Of a DNA stretch of 64,000 bases, positions 25,161-38,406 are shown in pieces (position 1 is the first letter of the stretch; each line of letters begins with the position of its first letter). Source of the DNA: Octopus bimaculoides (Eukaryota); NCBI RefSeq assembly GCF_001194135.2, contig NC_068981.1, positions 18,394,767 through 18,458,766 on the forward strand, read 5' to 3'. The notes beneath the pieces are model-generated. The model made no database searches and was not told the DNA's origin. It was given only the letters and a program-made list of their open reading frames with translations. The translations under genes and the position numbers were made by a program.

Positions 25161-27327
25161 ACTATTATTACTATNNNNNNNNNNNNNNNNNNNNNNNNNN
25201 NNNNNNNNNNNNNNNNNNNNNNNNNNNNNNNNNNNNNNNNNNNNNNNNNNNNNNNNNNNNNNNNNNNNNNNNNNNNNNNNNNNNNNNNNNNNNNNNNNNN
25301 NNNNNNNNNNNNNNNNNNNNNNNNNNNNNNNNNNNNNNNNNNNNNNNNNNNNNNNNNNNNNNNNNNNNNNNNNNNNNNNNNNNNNNNNNNNNNNNNNNNN
25401 NNNNNNNNNNNNNNNNNNNNNNNNNNNNNNNNNNNNNNNNNNNNNNNNNNNNNNNNNNNNNNNNNNNNNNNNNNNNNNNNNNNNNNNNNNNNNNNNNNNN
25501 NNNNNNNNNNNNNNNNNNNNNNNNNNNNNNNNNNNNNNNNNNNNNNNNNNNNNNNNNNNNNNNNNNNNNNNNNNNNNNNNNNNNNNNNNNNNNNNNNNNN
25601 NNNNNNNNNNNNNNNNNNNNNNNNNNNNNNNNNNNNNNNNNNNNNNNNNNNNNNNNNNNNNNNNNNNNNNNNNNNNNNNNNNNNNNNNNNNNNNNNNNNN
25701 NNNNNNNNNNNNNNNNNNNNNNNNNNNNNNNNNNNNNNNNNNNNNNNNNNNNNNNNNNNNNNNNNNNNNNNNNNNNNNNNNNNNNNNNNNNNNNNNNNNN
25801 NNNNNNNNNNNNNNNNNNNNNNNNNNNNNNNNNNNNNNNNNNNNNNNNNNNNNNNNNNNNNNNNNNNNNNNNNNNNNNNNNNNNNNNNNNNNNNNNNNNN
25901 NNNNNNNNNNNNNNNNNNNNNNNNNNNNNNNNNNNNNNNNNNNNNNNNNNNNNNNNNNNNNNNNNNNNNNNNNNNNNNNNNNNNNNNNNNNNNNNNNNNN
26001 NNNNNNNNNNNNNNNNNNNNNNNNNNNNNNNNNNNNNNNNNNNNNNNNNNNNNNNNNNNNNNNNNNNNNNNNNNNNNNNNNNNNNNNNNNNNNNNNNNNN
26101 NNNNNNNNNNNNNNNNNNNNNNNNNNNNNNNNNNNNNNNNNNNNNNNNNNNNNATATATATATATATGAAGACACGTGTGTGAAAAAGTGTCACACCCTA
26201 ACAGTGGAGGGAACCTGTGGAAGAGGTAGACCCAGGAGAACTTGGGATGAGGTGGTGAAGCATGACCTTCAAGCATTGGGCCTCACAGAGGCGATGACGA
26301 GTGACTGAGACCTCTGGAGATATGCTGTGCTTGAGAAGACCTGGCAAGCCCTAGTGAGAGTATAACCGTGGCCTATGCCAGTGTAGCATAACTGGCCCAT
26401 TTAAGAGTACCCTTGAATCATTGGGCAATAAACTGTGTTTGCGAATACCTGTTGAGTCAAGTGAAGTCATTGTAATGGCCTATGCCAGTACTGCCTAACT
26501 GGTACCTGTGCTGGTGGCATATAAAAGGCACCATTCGAGCGTGGTCATTGCCAGTGCCACCTGACTGGCTCCTGTGCCGGTGGCATGTAGAAAGCACCCA
26601 CTACACTCTCAGAGCAGTTGGCGTTAGGAAAGACATCCAGCTGTAGAAACTTTGCCAGGTCAGATTGGAGCCTGGTACAGCCTTCTGGATTGCCAGTCCT
26701 CAGTCAAACTGTCCAACCCATGCCAGCATGGAAAGCAGACGTTAAATGATGATGCTGATGATGATGATATTTATAAACAAGCCCAGAGGCTTGATAATTT
26801 ACAGAGAAATAGCGGTGTTGGTGTTGTTTTGTTATTCATTCAGCAGATGTCAAGGATGGGTAGTACATTCTTTTACTCTGACTGCAGCTATGCTGGAACA
26901 CCACCTTTTAGTCGAGCAAATCGACCCTAGGACTAATTCTTTGGAAGCCTAGTACTTATTCTATCAGTCTCTTTTGCCGAACCGCTAATTTACGGGGACG
27001 TAAACACACCAGCATCGGTTGTCAAACGATGCTGGGAGGGGGACAAACACAGACACACAAACATATACACACACATACATATATATACATATATACAACG
27101 GGCTTCTTTCAGTTTCCGTCTACCAAATCCACTTACAAGGCTTTGGTTGGCCCGAGGCTATAGTAGAAGACACTTGCCCAAGGTGCCACGCAGTGGGAAT
27201 GAACCCGAACCATGTGGTTGGTAAGCAAGCTACTTACCACACAGCCACTCCTGCGCCTTTTGTTTGATCTCATTTAAGACATGACTGTCTTCAATAGTTT
27301 CTGAACAGATTGCTGGTATATTTTAAT

Positions 27328-27847
27328 ATCACATGGTAAAATGCAAGGATGAAAAGTAATATTCTTAAGATTATAAACCTGGAAAAGTACAGGACAAGTT
27401 ATTACACCTGTAAAAGTATAGAACAAGCTATTATTTCTAGTAAAGTAAAGAATAAGAAACTTTTTACTTAAAATATTGCAGCAAAGAATGTTAGTTCTTC
27501 TAATTGATCACTCTTTACAGTTCTCATCTTTAAATTTATTGTATAAAACTGTTAAGCTAATTTGTAAGTTTGTCTCATTAGTCACTTTTTTCTGTATTTA
27601 AGGTAGTAAATTAGCCAAATTCTACTTAAATAAGTATTGTGTTATTTGTAAACTATAATAAAATAAGTTTTAATATTCAAATTTTAATTTTAGCTGCAAT
27701 ATTTTAAATATAAAGTTTCTTATTCTTTACTTTACTAGAAATAATAGCTTGTCCTATACTTTTAAAGGTATAATAACTTGTCCTGTAATTTTCCAGGTTT
27801 ATAATCTTAAGAATATTACTTTCCATGCTCGTATTTTTCCATGTAAT
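27328..27847. mobile_element. Foldback/MITE-like element with about 155-bp inverted arms
   Basis: 27328-27483 is the reverse complement of about 27693-27847 (e.g. AAAGTAATATTCTTAAGATTATAAACCTGGAAAA vs TTTTCCAGGTTTATAATCTTAAGAATATTACTTT). The AT-rich spacer is about 210 bp and there is no ORF. Confidence 0.85.
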
Positions 27848-29659
27848 CCATGATTTTTCCAGGCATTGCTGTTATAAGATAATTGATAATGTGTCAATTA
27901 ATAATTTAAGATTTTACCTTGTAAAATACTGAAAGATAATATTTCAATTTTTCCATGTAAATGATGATAATATTTCAATTTTTTTCGTGTTTAATATATG
28001 TTGTGATTGAATTATATGATATTACCCATCCATGCCAAATTAATGGTAGGGATTTTTACCATGTTGTTGGTTGCACCATGGCTCACCAAAAGTTACAAAC
28101 AACAAGACCTCAAAACCATCAGTTACCAGGCTCGCCTTAAGTAACCTAATTTTGCAATATTAGGAGGTCACAGGAATTCATTCAATGAAAAAAAAAATTC
28201 CAATGATTCTGGGATTGTGGTGGGGGAAACCCCCATCTCATTTTTTCCGAACTAAAATAAAGGATATGCAGCATATTAGGAGGTCAGGGTACTTGATTCC
28301 ATGCAAAAAATCAAATTTTTTTTTTTTTTTCTTAGTGAAAATCGTGTGGGTGCTAATATAGAAATTTACCATAGTGTTGTTGTTATTTAACCTCAAATCA
28401 ACTGATACTGCAAACCCATCATCAAAGACATTCCAGCCTTCAGCAAACAATCTTTTTAGGGATATGAGTGGTTGGCGTTAGGAAGGGCATCCAGCTGTAG
28501 AAACTCTGCCAAATTAGATTGGAGCCTGGTGTTGCCATCCGGTTTCACCAGTCCTCAGTCAAATCGTCCAACCCATGCTAGCATGGAAAGCGGACGTTAA
28601 ACGATAAACGATGATGATGATGATGATGATGATTACATACAATGGGCGTGTGATTTAGGTAGGGGGATACTTTGGCTACTATCTTTAACATGTTGAGTGA
28701 TCAGGTTGAGGCTCTTTCATTGGTTTGATTGCATGATGAGATTTTTTTACACATATATGTAATATGTGTATATATCATCTGCAGAAGTTAGCGAGTAAGT
28801 CAAAAGCTGAGAATTTCGTGTATTGGCACTTATCAAACACAAATTTGCCCATTGTCACTCAGTAACTTTTGACGAAATAACTTCTAAAATACAAAATTAA
28901 GAGTAAACCCTGTTCTATGTGACACATTCTACCAGTATCAGAAGTTTGAAAGTGTTTAGTTAGAAAAAATTAATTAAATAGTCTGTACGTCAAAGTCAAC
29001 CTCGGTGAAATTTGAACTCAAAACATAAAGACAGACAAAATACTGCTAAGCATTTTGCCTGGTGTGCTAACATTTCTGCCAGCTCACCACCTTAGAATGT
29101 AAATGTTCATTTTAGAAATATATTCTTTATTCTTATTGCTTAAGAGTTACTCCCTTACTTCCTTACTTACTGACATAAAATTATATATATTATAATATGT
29201 ATTGTAATATAATTATAATATATATATTATGATTTACCAGCAGTCCTCAATGACCTGTTGAGTTCAGAAACTATTGAAAACTGTCATGCCTTAAAGGAAA
29301 TCAAACAAAAGAATGTACTACCCATCCTTAACATCTGCTGAATGAATAACAAAACAATACCAACACCACCATCCCCATATAACTACCATTCCTTCTTCTA
29401 TTTCCATCACCTTACCTCCTCCCCCCATCAGACACACAGAGAAATACCCACAGAACTCACTTGACCTTTATACTGGCAAAAATGGACAAGCATCCCTCTT
29501 TTGTAGATCAATTAATGTTATCTCTCATTGTGAGATTTAAAAATAGCAATTTTCTAACTAATGTTATATCGCCTGAAGAAATGAATCAATTATAATGATC
29601 AACTGGTTATCCGTGGATACTACAGACTACACTGTGATCATCCCAGAAATAGGGACATG

Positions 29660-29878
29660 GCAGAAACGTTAACACACTGGGCGAAAGGCTTAGCAGTATT
29701 TCGTCTGCTGTTACGTTCTGAGTTCAAATTCCGCCGAGGTTGACTTTGCTTTTCATCCTTTCAGGGTCGATAAATTAAGTACCAGTTAGGCTCTGGGGTC
29801 GATGTAATCGACTTAATCCCTTTGTCTGTCCTTGTTTGTCCCCTCTATGTTTAGCCCCTTGTGAGCAATAAAGAAATA
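29660..29878 (+). mobile_element. tRNA-derived Meta-like SINE (family B) with 15-bp TSD
   Basis: B-box GAGTTCAAATTCC and central CTTTCATCCTTTCRGGGTCGATAAATTAAGTACCAG resembling the MetaSINE domain. TSD AGAAATAG(G/A)GACATG at 29645-29659 and 29879-29893. Other copies lie at about 3850-4030(-), 41979-42190(+), 42237-42450(+), 48271-48401(+), 48910-49125(-), 51128-51371(-), 52293-52528(-) and 57495-57705(-). Confidence 0.82.
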
Positions 29879-30796
29879 AGAAATAGAGACATGTGATCTG
29901 TGGAAATGCATGTACTACATCCCTGTTCTGTTGTACCTTAATTGAGGGTGGGTGGCTGGGGGTCTTATCTTGTCAGTTCCAGGTTTCCATGAATAAAGGA
30001 CCTAATGCACTCTGTAAAGGGCCTTGGCTGCAGAAACCCTGCTGAAGCAAACATTGGACCTTGGTGCTGTCTTTTGGATTGTTAAAACCAGATTCACCAT
30101 ACATCTCATGTTAATATGGAAGATGGAGATTAAATGACAACGACGATGATGATGACGACAATGATGGTGATGATGATGATGATGATGATGATGATGTTGA
30201 CATATAATATATATAAAAAATTCTTAGTTTTACATTAATGAAATCTGAGTAACCAGTACATATAACTGTTAAATGTCAATTAAGCATTGTTCCTTAGTGA
30301 TTATACATTATGACTTCAAGTTTCATATTACAGAATGATTATCCAAATATTTATGTGGTGAGAAAATAATATCCACATCAAGAAATACCTTGCTTTGCAA
30401 TTAATTACACTTACATGCAATGTCTGCTTTGGCAGGGATTATACAGCAGGATGCCTTTTCTGATGTCAACCACTTTACAGGGTCTTGTGGGTGCTTTATT
30501 CATGGCTCTGTGGCACCGAGTAACTCTGAAGATAAGACTCAACCCTCAATTTAGTAGGGATGTAATAACGAAGGAGGGAAGTGGCTTTATGGCAAATGCT
30601 GAGTGTTTAAAGCATGATAGAGGGACAGGAACACGTATGCAGACGTACATACATACATCCATACATATGCATGTGTGTGTGTGACCTGTCCGTGTTTTCT
30701 TTGTATCGTCTATCTGGATGTTTTGTCCCTTTCTTGTATCACCTAACTGTCTGGATGTTTTGCGTCCTTGTCCCATTCTGTATTATTTATACATAC

Positions 30797-30827
<31 letters not shown>

Positions 30828-31423
30828 NNNNNNNNNNNNNNNNNNNNNNNNNNNNNNNNNNNNNNNNNNNNNNNNNNNNNNNNNNNNNNNNNNNNNNNNN
30901 NNNNNNNNNNNNNNNNNNNNNNNNNNNNNNNNNNNNNNNNNNNNNNNNNNNNNNNNNNNNNNNNNNNNNNNNNNNNNNNNNNNNNNNNNNNNNNNNNNNN
31001 NNNNNNNNNNNNNNNNNNNNNNNNNNNNNNNNNNNNNNNNNNNNNNNNNNNNNNNNNNNNNNNNNNNNNNNNNNNNNNNNNNNNNNNNNNNNNNNNNNNN
31101 NNNNNNNNNNNNNNNNNNNNNNNNNNNNNNNNNNNNNNNNNNNNNNNNNNNNNNNNNNNNNNNNNNNNNNNNNNNNNNNNNNNNNNNNNNNNNNNNNNNN
31201 NNNNNNNNNNNNNNNNNNNNNATATATATATATATATATGTATGTATGTATGTATGTATATCATCACTACCACTCTCATCAGCAAATCACTTTACCACTA
31301 GTATTCTTTTCATCATTATCATTTGTTTTACCTTCCTTTCCACCATCATCATTATCATCATCGTCGTTGTCATCGTCATCATTATTGTCTTTATATTCAT
31401 CTCTTCCTATTGATTCATTTCAG

Positions 31424-31511
31424 AAAACACCAGAAGAAGACTATGGACAGGTGGCCCTTAAAGCTGGTTACATATCGGAAACTCATGGCTATGTCACTAT
31501 ATACGTGAAAG
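31424..31511 (+). CDS. BAIAP3: BAIAP3/Munc13-4-family exon, start of C2B (KTPEEDYGQVALKAGYISETHGYVTIYVK+G)
   Basis: Acceptor ttcatttcag and donor GTCAGT at 31512. 88 nt, phase 0/1. 'YGQVALKAGY' matches the 'G-x-l-x-v-k/r-x-x-Y' beta-1 strand of Munc13-4-type C2B domains. Confidence 0.88.
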
Positions 31512-33314
31512 GTCAGTGTATCACTGTTGTTGTTGCTGCATGATATTGATACTGTGAACCTTTACTGTTTAATGTGAGCTAATTTGAACTGGTTTAAATT
31601 TTTGAGGTATTTCTACTATTTAGATCAGTACTCCTAAATATGAGCTGTACTTCCCCTCTCTGGGGCAGTGGAAAATTTTATATGGGTACTGAGGACAAAG
31701 GAAGTGATCATCATCATCATTTAACATCTGCTCTCCATGCTAGCATGGGCTGGACGGTTTGATTGGGGACTGGCGAACCAGATGGCTATACTAGACTCCA
31801 ATCTGATCTGGCAATGTTTCTACAGCTGGATGCCCTTCTTAACGCCAACCACTCTGAGAGTGTAGTGGGTGCTCTTTATGTGCCACCGGCACGAGGGCCA
31901 GTCCGGCGGTACTGGCAACGGCCACCACGCTCAAATGGTGTTTGTTACGTGCTACCTCCACAGGAGTCAGTCCAATGTTTTGTTCACATGCCACCAGCAC
32001 AAGTGCCAGTAAGGCAAAGTTGGAAAGAATCGCGCTCAAATGGTGATAATTGCGTCTGTATAATTTTTGTAGTCTTTGTCGTCTATCAAAATATTGACAG
32101 TTAATAATTTTAATGTAATATTATGATGAACTACTTGTTAACTCAAAAAATACAATTATCAGCAATAATAATAGACTTTGAAATGCAAATAATTAAATAA
32201 ACAAAAGCAAATACATACCACTTAAGTATCTAAATTATGGACAATAAACTAAAGTATAATTTAAAAGAGAGTGTCGGAATTTGTGTCTCCATATATGTAA
32301 TAAAGACAGCCACTGCACCTGTAGCATTAGCAGTATGTATATACAAATGTATGTATATTGATGCTGTTGATTCTAGCTTTGAGTGTCATTTTTGATTGCA
32401 TAGTTTGTCCATATGTATAAAGAGATAAGTGTAAAGTTGCAAATGAACAGAGGAATCAGTATGTGAGTGTGTGAATGTTTCAAAATTACAGCTACACATC
32501 AAAATACAAAAATAAATTTTAGCTGGTAGCTATGGGGGTATATCTGAAGCACAAAAAATATGTAAATGTGTTTAGCTGAAGCCATGTGCTAAAGTCTCGA
32601 GTCAATAACTAAGATTAAGCATTGATGTGTCAAATATTTGCTTATGGTAGGGTGATGCTGTGGTAAGTAGCCACCCGTGTCAAGCTAATACCCAGAACTA
32701 AATTAACTGATATTACATGTATGTACATTAAAAAATGGGGTGGGATGGGTATGGGGGTGGAGGTGGGGTGTGTTTAAATCTTAGTGGTGGGAGCATCGAA
32801 AAATATTACTTAAAGAAAAGAGGTGATAGTTTAGAAGATTTTGAGAAGCACTGATTATAACCAACAGCAGTTTGGTGTTGTATCTCACTCAAAAGCTCCC
32901 ACATGGTCACTCAGCTTGCTAGAAATAGAAGCCAAATTTTCCTCAGATTTCATGCTTCATTCTTAAAGCGGATGATATGGTTATGGAAGGTATCCTTGTA
33001 TCGTAGCTCTACACAGTCATGGGTGACTGGGGACCTGAAGCAAAACAACACCAGCAACCAATAGGTTACTTTTACAATATCTTAGGGTTTCATAGCTTAT
33101 GTCATAATACTGCTGTATTACTATTGCTTGTGTTATATGTAACTGTTAGTACAATTCTCTCTGTAACAACATAGGAATAAGCAATCTCTGAAGAAGCTTT
33201 AGCAACAACTGAAACTAGTCAGGAGGAATTTTTTATTCTGTTTCCTCCCAACACATGAATATACACTCACACACATACATGCATGCACACATACTAGCAC
33301 ACGCATGCATGCGT

Positions 33315-33368
<54 letters not shown>

Positions 33369-34739
33369 CGATTGTGGTTTCGCTATTAAGTTTCTATTTT
33401 CACAGCAAAGATAAATTTGTGATTACAACCCATCATTATAAATTGCTTCTTTTAATTAAATGATCAATTAATTTAGATTACCATCTCTTGTACTTATATG
33501 CAAATTAGACAAACCAATTTAATTCTGTCCAAGTGTGCATATATCATAAATAGCCATAAGCCACTACTCTATCTGTGACTGAGAATGAGTAATGAAATTT
33601 TGTCGAATCCTTAAAGCGCTGAAACTAGTCAGTTCAATACCCACTTTTTAAAAAATTCTTTTGACTGCAGAAAGAACAACCTGTGGTAATTTGCTTTTTC
33701 ACAGTAAGGATAAATGTGTTTATTGTACCCAGATCAAAGTTAAAAGAAAAAAAAAAGACCATACTTTTAAGTTTCCTTATATTTTTTGTCATTCTACCAC
33801 TATGTCATGCTTCTTTTAATATATATGTATGTACATCTATCTATCTATACAGTTATATTCATACAACAGGCCTCTTATATATATATATATATNNNNNNNN
33901 NNNNNNNNNNNNNNNNNNNNNNNNNNNNNNNNNNNNNNNNNNNNNNNNNNNNNNNNNNNNNNNNNNNNNNNNNNNNNNNNNNNNNNNNNNNNNNNNNNNN
34001 NNNNNNNNNNNNNNNNNNNNNNNNNNNNNNNNNNNNNNNNNNNNNNNNNNNNNNNNNNNNNNNNNNNNNNNNNNNNNNNNNNNNNNNNNNNNNNNNNNNN
34101 NNNNNNNNNNNNNNNNNNNNNNNNNNNNNNNNNNNNNNNNNNNNNNNNNNNNNNNTGTGTGTATGTGTGTATGTGTGTGCATGTGTGTGACATTTCCTAC
34201 TGAAACTATTTCAGTCACCACCTCCAGTGATTGTTCCTTAGATATTTTGCGTGTCTCCAATTTGAAATCGAAAAAAAAAAAAAAAAATAAGCATAAATAA
34301 TATTAATATTTTCAGTTCTGGAAAATAAAATTGGATTCCTTTGTTAGTTATTTGTAAAAAAACAAAAAACAAACAACAAAACAAAAACAAAACGAAACAA
34401 AACAAAAATGAAAACAAAATAATCAAAAACTTTGGAGATGAAACCTTTAGAAATGGATTGTTTAATTTGAAAACTGAAGTCAATTTCCTTACCTTAACAC
34501 TTCCCACCTGTTTCGTTTTTGCTTATATTACTTCATAAAATCTGACTTTGATAATATTCTACATTTGTTCCCTTTGACAATTTTTCAACAAAAACTGCAA
34601 ATAATCTTACTTTTTTTTTGTACACTATTAGTTTAAAAAGAGTATTTCTGTGAAGAGTGGTGTTAATATACGTTTTTTTCAATGTTTTGGTCTAGACAAA
34701 AGGATTGTATGCATGATCTTCAGAGGTCCTTTAAGACAG

Positions 34740-35060
34740 GTGAAATTAATGTCTATAGTGTTTTTCTTGAGCAGCAGCTGCAAGTTGATGAGTGCAGGGG
34801 CAAAAAACGAGCTGGAAGAGAATTTCAGAGGGTCAACGTTCTAAAGTTGGAGGGAAAGAATAAAGTGGTTAGTGTGAGTGATAGACGGTAGGTGGGTAGG
34901 TGTTATGGAGGTGAATGTAAGAGTGATGAGAGATGAAAGAGGAGAGAGTTGAGCTTGCCTGAGTGGAGGTGGAGAGGAAGAAACGGAGAAATGAGTTCAA
35001 CACGAGTGAGTGGAGATGGTATGAGACCATCGAGTTCAGCTTCTCAGAAGTTACTATTAT
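34740..35060 (-). mobile_element. CR1/L2-like LINE C-terminal remnant
   Basis: Minus strand reads LDGLIPSP...; further on, FFP..RTLTL*NSLPA resembles the SFFPRTxxLWNSLP motif at CR1-group ORF2 ends. Confidence 0.5.
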
Positions 35061-36257
35061 TTGCAGTAGAAATGGTAGAATGAGGGGACGGAGGTTGGGG
35101 TGATTTGGTGAGTGATTTCATACTGGTCAATCAGGTGGCCTTTTGATGGTGGTGGTGGTGGTGGCGGTGGCAGTAGTCGTGGTGGTGATGGTAGTGGTGG
35201 GGATGTGGTTGAGGATGCATGTTTGCATGTGACCCTTAGTGGGCATGTGTGTGTATGAGTGTGTGGGTGTGTGTGAATGCATGTGTTTGTGTGTGTGTGT
35301 GTGTGTGTATGAGTGTGTGGGTGTATGTGAGTGCATGCATTTGTGTGTGGGTGTGTGTGAGTGCATGCATTTGTGTGTGTGTGTGTGTGTATGAGTGTGT
35401 GGGTGTATGTGAGTGCATGCATTTGTGTGTATGTGTGAGTGTGTGTTGGGTTGTGTGAGTGCATGCATTTGTGTGTGTGTGTATGAGTGTGTGAGTGTGT
35501 TTGTGAGTGCATGTGTTTGTGTGTGCATGCGTGTATGTGTGTGTGTGTGTGTGTATGAGCAATGAAGGTGCATAGCTTGATGGCTAAGAGTGTTCAGTTC
35601 AACATCATAAGGTCGTGAGTTCAATATCTCGCGGCGCATCATGTCCTTGATCAAGACACATTATTTCATATTGCTCCAGTCCACTCAGCTTGCAAGAATG
35701 AGTTGTACCTGTAATTCAAAAGGGGCCAGCCTTGTCACATTCTATGTCACACTGCATCTCCCCGAGAACTATGTTAAGGGTATGTGTGTCTGTGGAGTGC
35801 TCAGCCACTTGCACATTAATTTCATGAGCAGGCTGTTCTGTTGACTGGATCAGCTAAAACATCCAGTGTCATAACCGAGTGCCAGTGTGTGTGTGTGTGT
35901 ATATGTGTGTGTGTATGTGTGTGTGTGTGTATATGTGTGTGTATATGTGTGTGTGTGTCTGGGTGTGAAAGAGACAGTGAGTTTGCTGTTGCAATTAAAT
36001 AGGCCTTGTTTCACAGATTAAAATCTAGAAACAGAGGAAGATGTAAATGGCTGCATTAGCTATAACAAGGTCCATGAAAACTCATCAGGGAATTCACTAA
36101 GTTCAGTGGCTGTGAAGAGAGAAGAATCTAATGTTTCAAATATTGACCTTCATCCTTAAACAAAACCCACCAATGATCATGTTAATAATCGAATGAATAT
36201 TCACCATTCCATATTTAATAATTGTCTTGCTATTTCCTGTTCTGTTTCTGTTAACAG

Positions 36258-36420
36258 TAATCAATGCTAAGGATCTTCCAGGCTTGGATACCACAGGACT
36301 TAGTGATCCATATGTTGTAATCACTCTACAGCCTCGAATATTATTCCAAAATCTCAGATCACAGAAGACGAAGATTATTACCAAAACTTTGAACCCCGTT
36401 TTCAACTCCTCTTTCCAATT
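36258..36420 (+). CDS. BAIAP3: BAIAP3/Munc13-4-family exon, C2B N-half (VINAKDLPGLDTTGLSDPYVVITLQP...KTLNPVFNSSFQ)
   Basis: Acceptor ttaacag and donor GTAAGT at 36421. 163 nt, phase 1/2. Classic C2 motifs D-x-x-G-x-S-D-P-Y-V and T-L-N-P-V-F. Confidence 0.93.
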
Positions 36421-38190
36421 GTAAGTGAAATTTCATTCCTGTCAGATATCTGTTTATATTTTCTTTGATTCTACATTATTCCCTTAGGGAACAACATGGA
36501 ATTGAAGACAAACTTAGTGGTGCAAAAATAAAGGGTTATATATTACTGTGAAACATAGTCATGTATCACACAATATTGCGATTATTGTGACAAAAGTGTC
36601 AATTAAGAGACATTCCATTTCCATTTGGTTATTAGTTGCAGGATATCAATATTCTTTCACCTGTCATTTGATTCTGCAAACAGGATCAGTTTATATATAG
36701 AGAGATGTAATTTTTTTCGTTCAATACTATATGTACGTGTGTGTGTATGAATGTATGTATATATGTTTGTATGTATGAATGTATGTATATATGCATGTAT
36801 GTATGTATGTATGTATGTGTGTGCGTATGTGTGTTTATGCATGTATGTATGTATTTATATATTTACATATTTATGCATACATACATTATATACATGCACA
36901 CACACATACATACAGACATATATATATATTTAGAGAAATATATAAATATATATATATATAATTTTATGTTTATATGAGCATATATATCAATTTATACCAG
37001 CATACACACACTCATACATACACACATATAAATATACATACATATATATATATATATACACAAGCTAACACCTACATATATATATATATANNNNNNNNNN
37101 NNNNNNNNNNNNNNNNNNNNNNNNNNNNNNNNNNNNNNNNNNNNNNNNNNNNNNNNNNNNNNNNNNNNNNATATGCATATGTATATGCATATATGTATAC
37201 ATAAATACATTATATTATTATTTATAATACATTATGTCATTATTGTTTGTGTGTTCTTTGAAACATTGTACTGTTTATTTTGGAAGAATATTTGAAAGAG
37301 CAGACATGCTAAGTACCAAATAAACATTATTTTTCTCTTTTAGCATATTGGAGAAAAAAAAAAAAAGATATGAAAAATATACAAGACCAAGATTACATCT
37401 TCAATTCTAGATACATCTACCTATTCTTTGAAAGAGTTGGGGTGGGGAATCTCAGTAATATAGTTTCTGTTTATCAGAGGAATATTTATACATTTTAAGC
37501 AGAATGATTCTAAACACATAATCTACCTCATGTCACTCATATTAAACACATGTTAAATTCCACCTAATACTCACACTAAACACATACTGTGCAAAATGGT
37601 AGAGCAACCATATTAAGCACATATGTTAGTATGTGCCAGATACTAGCATGCATTCTGGTATCAGCGACATATTTTTACTAATTGACATCTACTTAAGCAT
37701 ATGGTTTGCTACCTGCTAGTTGCTTCAATCAAGGGCCTCAGTTATGGGTCATATTGTAAATAAAGGTCCTTTGGCTTAGGGCATATATGAAATAAAATAG
37801 GGCTTGGCCCCAAGACATATGTCATACCAGCTCAGTGATGTGTAGACATGATCTGATGTCATATGAGTTGTTCCCTCTGTTTAAGGATTAAATAACCCCC
37901 TCAGAGATAAGCTTGGGAGAGTAAACTACAAGTGTAGTAGCAGGTAGAATTCTTAGCATGTCAGACAAAATGCTTAGGAGCATTTCTTCTGGGGTTTTTT
38001 ATGTCCTGGGTTCAAATCTCATAGAGGTTAATTTTTTCTTTCACCCTTTCAGGGTCAAATATTGTAAAGTACCAGTCAAATACAAGGACTGATGCAATTG
38101 ACTTCTGTCTTCCCCTTAAAATTGCTGGCCTTGAATTCTGCAAAAAACAGGCATCCTGTTGAAGGGGAATGCCATGATCTTGATCATTTA

Positions 38191-38406
38191 TGAGGGGGTA
38201 CTGAAAAGTTCCTGGCTTTGAGTAAAAGAAAATACCAGACGATCAGTTAATTATGATTTTATTCAACGTATTCCTCTCCCAGATTCTACACTTACTGTAG
38301 TAGTCCTTCAGATTTTTTAAGCCTTGTAAAAGAGATCGGAAGGTCGAGCCTCCAAGCAGGTCTTTTGTGACACCCTTAAAGCGAGGAATTTTTCAGCACC
38401 CCATTG
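38191..38406. mobile_element. Mariner-type MITE
   Basis: About 29-bp imperfect TIRs TGAGGGGGTACTGAAAAGTTCCTGGCTTT / AAAGCGAGGAATTTTTCAGCACCCCATTG, flanked by TA at 38189-38190 and 38407-38408. Confidence 0.75.
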
